Shown: in pieces, positions 26,155 to 28,284 of the stretch
Numbering within the stretch: position 1 is the stretch's first letter
How the letters are laid out: each line of letters starts with the position of its first letter
NCBI GenBank assembly: GCA_039802265.1
Contig: JBDRWI010000028.1
Span: 1-28,284 of the forward strand
Reading direction: 5' to 3'
DNA length: 28,284 nucleotides
DNA from: a candidate division WOR-3 bacterium
Lineage (GTDB): Bacteria > Hydrothermota > Tepidihabitantia > SM23-42 > JAOAFX01
Position numbers and translations under genes: made by a program
The notes under the pieces: generated by a model
What the model saw: the letters and a program-made list of their open reading frames with translations, nothing else
Databases searched by the model: none
Told to the model about the DNA's origin: nothing

Positions 26155-26418
26155 AATAGGAGAATCAAAAACCGGTGGACTCTATTTAACGCTGTCAGGG
26201 ATAAATTAGGCAAGATTTGCAATGCAGTGTCCCATAAAATAACTCATCCGCATCTATCATTTATACCTTGCTTTTAAATTACAGACCTGGCTGCAATAGA
26301 GTCCATTTTGGAAATAACCGATATTCTCTCTATCCTTTAGCAAAAAACTCGTTCCACTCTTACAAAAAAGTTAACGCCTGTCCTGAGGTGCCATTAATTA
26401 ATTTTTGCATTTTACTTT

Positions 26419-27138
26419 TTAATATTTGCGGTAAATATGGGGTCTGACTCCATTTCTGTTTTTCTCAGGATTGGTAACGATTTTCACAAGCAGAAAATCT
26501 TCATCCTTGATCAAACCTATCTGTGGTGCATAATATTTATGCGCGGTACCGGATTCCAGCGGTGTGGTTTCTTCGATATGCAGGCAACCCTCATATACAT
26601 TAAGCGGCGTCGTAACTGTCTCATCTTGAGAAATTATTTCGGCACGGTCCATTGCGACCCCCGGCGCAATCTCGTTATAATACTTATCGCCGACGATAAT
26701 TTTCCCAGGCATCATCAATCCGAACCGCGCGCCGTTAACTCCAGACAACCAAGAACCTTCGTGACTCACGACTTGTCCATTCTCATAAATATTAACATCC
26801 TCGCCAAAATAATAGACATCACCGGTGGTGGTATCAATGGCAAAATAATCTCGGGTTACTTCCGACAACTGGTCGTTGACTTTTTCAGAGTCAACTATCA
26901 CTCTGGTTTCAACACCATCAACAATGTAGGTTTCGTCAAGAACCGTTTGAATTATCGTATCATTACCATTGGCAAAAATTAGTTTATGCCCTGGCTGTAT
27001 TATGAAATAGCGATTAATACCAGTCGGTCTCAGATTTGCCTTATTAACCTGAAAGGAATCACGCCATGTGTTTTCTTGCTTGCATTCATTAAGAAAAAAC
27101 GCCATTACAATAAAAAAAATAATTACCGTTTTCTTCAT
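26419..27138 (-). CDS. Hypothetical exported protein or lipoprotein (beta-rich)
   Basis: Signal peptide ending at Cys19, SD AAGGAG, protein-like 239-aa ORF. Confidence 0.75.
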   Translation of the reverse strand: MKKTVIIFFIVMAFFLNECKQENTWRDSFQVNKANLRPTGINRYFIIQPGHKLIFANGNDTIIQTVLDETYIVDGVETRVIVDSEKVNDQLSEVTRDYFAIDTTTGDVYYFGEDVNIYENGQVVSHEGSWLSGVNGARFGLMMPGKIIVGDKYYNEIAPGVAMDRAEIISQDETVTTPLNVYEGCLHIEETTPLESGTAHKYYAPQIGLIKDEDFLLVKIVTNPEKNRNGVRPHIYRKY

Positions 27139-27227
27139 TGGGCTCTCCTTGTTATTTTATTCTTCACTATAATATTTAAGCAAAAAATCTGAAAGTTCGC
27201 TCATAATTTGCAACACATATCAGGAAT

Positions 27228-27255
27228 ATTTTATCAATAAAAACTAATAAGTCAA
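27228..27255 (-). promoter_or_regulatory. Sigma70-like promoter
   Basis: TTGACT-N16-TAAAAT with a TG extension. Confidence 0.6.
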
Positions 27256-27679
27256 GTCTTATGTCTCACTAATTTGGTCTTAATAATAATTTCCGGTGAT
27301 TGATTTCATCTAATAGATTATTGAGTTCCACAAACTTTTATCGATGCCTCTCGCAAAACAGTCCGATCTTTATTATCACCGTCTGTCGTAGGATGTCAAT
27401 CGTATGAAATAATCCGCTGCTGGCTGGTAAAGGTTAAAAAGTATACGCCTGCCTTGAAGACCAAGATTTAAAAAATCACTGGCTACTGACTGCTTCTACT
27501 ACTCCTACATTGTCAATGTATAATGTAAAGAAGATTTGACCCGGCATCCGACCAATAAAGTGTTTTTAACTTTTTTGTAATTTATGTTAAAATAGAACCA
27601 AGGATACAATAACCCTTTTGCCGAGAGAGATTAAAGATTTATGCCGCTTCGTAAGTGGAAGTGGATATTTACCAACAAA

Positions 27680-28284
27680 TTATTGATGCATTATCATTTG
27701 ATTGTACATTTTTCTCAATTCGTCTTCAGGTATGAATGGCTGACAAATTGCATCAAGGGTCTCCCTTTTTATCTCTCCGTTTATTATTAATTCTTTTCCT
27801 GCTGTTTTTGCTGCCGCCAGAACCGCCTTTCCATGCGCGGTCAATTTGCCATTCTGTTCCATTAAGAAGGCGTGGGGTCTGATTCCCACCAACCACAGGT
27901 AGCAATAAGTACCATCTTTTCAATTTTCACATCATTGCGCAATCGTGCACGTGTCCTACCACTACGAAACTCAAGCACAGGTTCAAGTAATGGGCAAAGA
28001 CGATTTAATATGTTCTACATTGCTCCAGGCAAAGGGATATAAACTGGTGAAGCAAGAATAAGTATTTCTGATTGTTTCAAGACAGGATAGAGTAATTGCA
28101 TATCATCTTTGATAAAACATTGTTCGGGGTTTTCATACCAGCAATACATTGTGCCACATACACAGGATTTGACCTTTAGTTTGCTGGCAAAAAAATTTTT
28201 GGTTTCACAACCTGCTTCTTTCATTCCTTCAACAAAAGGATTGAGAATCCTTGCGGTGTAACCCATATCCATCCTCGGACTGCC
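27680..28284 (-). pseudogene. Flavodoxin-fold iron-sulfur flavoprotein/FMN-reductase-like pseudogene (5' end outside the window)
   Basis: GSPR...C.C...CW...C.IKDDM...ASPVY, then TAG at 28015-28017. The frame continues NILNRLCPLL...ATCGWWE and then shifts into RPHAF...AGKELI. Confidence 0.75.

Noticed and set aside
5597..26982. Other long antisense or overlapping ORFs (5597-6070, 9424-9873, 10548-11096, 11805-12542, 20524-21057, 26437-26982)
   Set aside because: They are shadows of well-supported genes or tRNAs, with no motifs or initiation signals.
26437..27889. Two GGGGTCTGA.TCC palindromes (26437-26453 and 27872-27889) as a repeat family
   Set aside because: The second falls on the apparent deletion junction and encodes RPHA of the pseudogene. 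One remaining copy is not enough support.
28015..28017. Pyrrolysine or amber read-through in the flavodoxin-like gene
   Set aside because: A second lesion (frameshift) follows, no pyl genes are visible, and a CAG-to-TAG mutation is simpler.

Overview
A ~40% GC bacterial window. Lineage is inference only: the PorV-like gene plus several proteins with C-terminal sorting domains suggest an anaerobe with a T9SS-like export system, for example candidate division WOR-3. In order it holds: an IS110 element; a secreted metalloprotease; tRNA-Leu; a GT-C glycosyltransferase; tRNA-Thr and tRNA-Tyr; yggS; a ThrRS-N/uridine-kinase fusion; an operon of LeuC-like, citrate synthase, LeuD-like and isocitrate dehydrogenase genes; a folK fragment; a stand-alone fusA; an orphan hypC; two exported proteins; a YCF48/Ig-like protein with a PorV-TPR gene; an ammonia-lyase; a radical SAM protein; a lipoprotein; and a flavodoxin-like pseudogene. 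Four highlights. (1) The two exported proteins, which the ORF track splits, each read through an in-frame UGA followed by a SECIS-like hairpin at identical spacing. They are candidate exported selenoproteins: an Omp28/thioredoxin-like UxxC protein and a CU protein of unfamiliar architecture. (2) The IS110 bridge RNA can be read directly, and its guides match a Shine-Dalgarno plus ATG target. The element also forms a circle-junction promoter and carries a 473-codon antisense ORF ending at the regenerated host RBS. (3) Ten host sigma70-like promoters can all be read with a 16-bp spacer. (4) One Ig-like domain has extreme G/T-ending codon bias.
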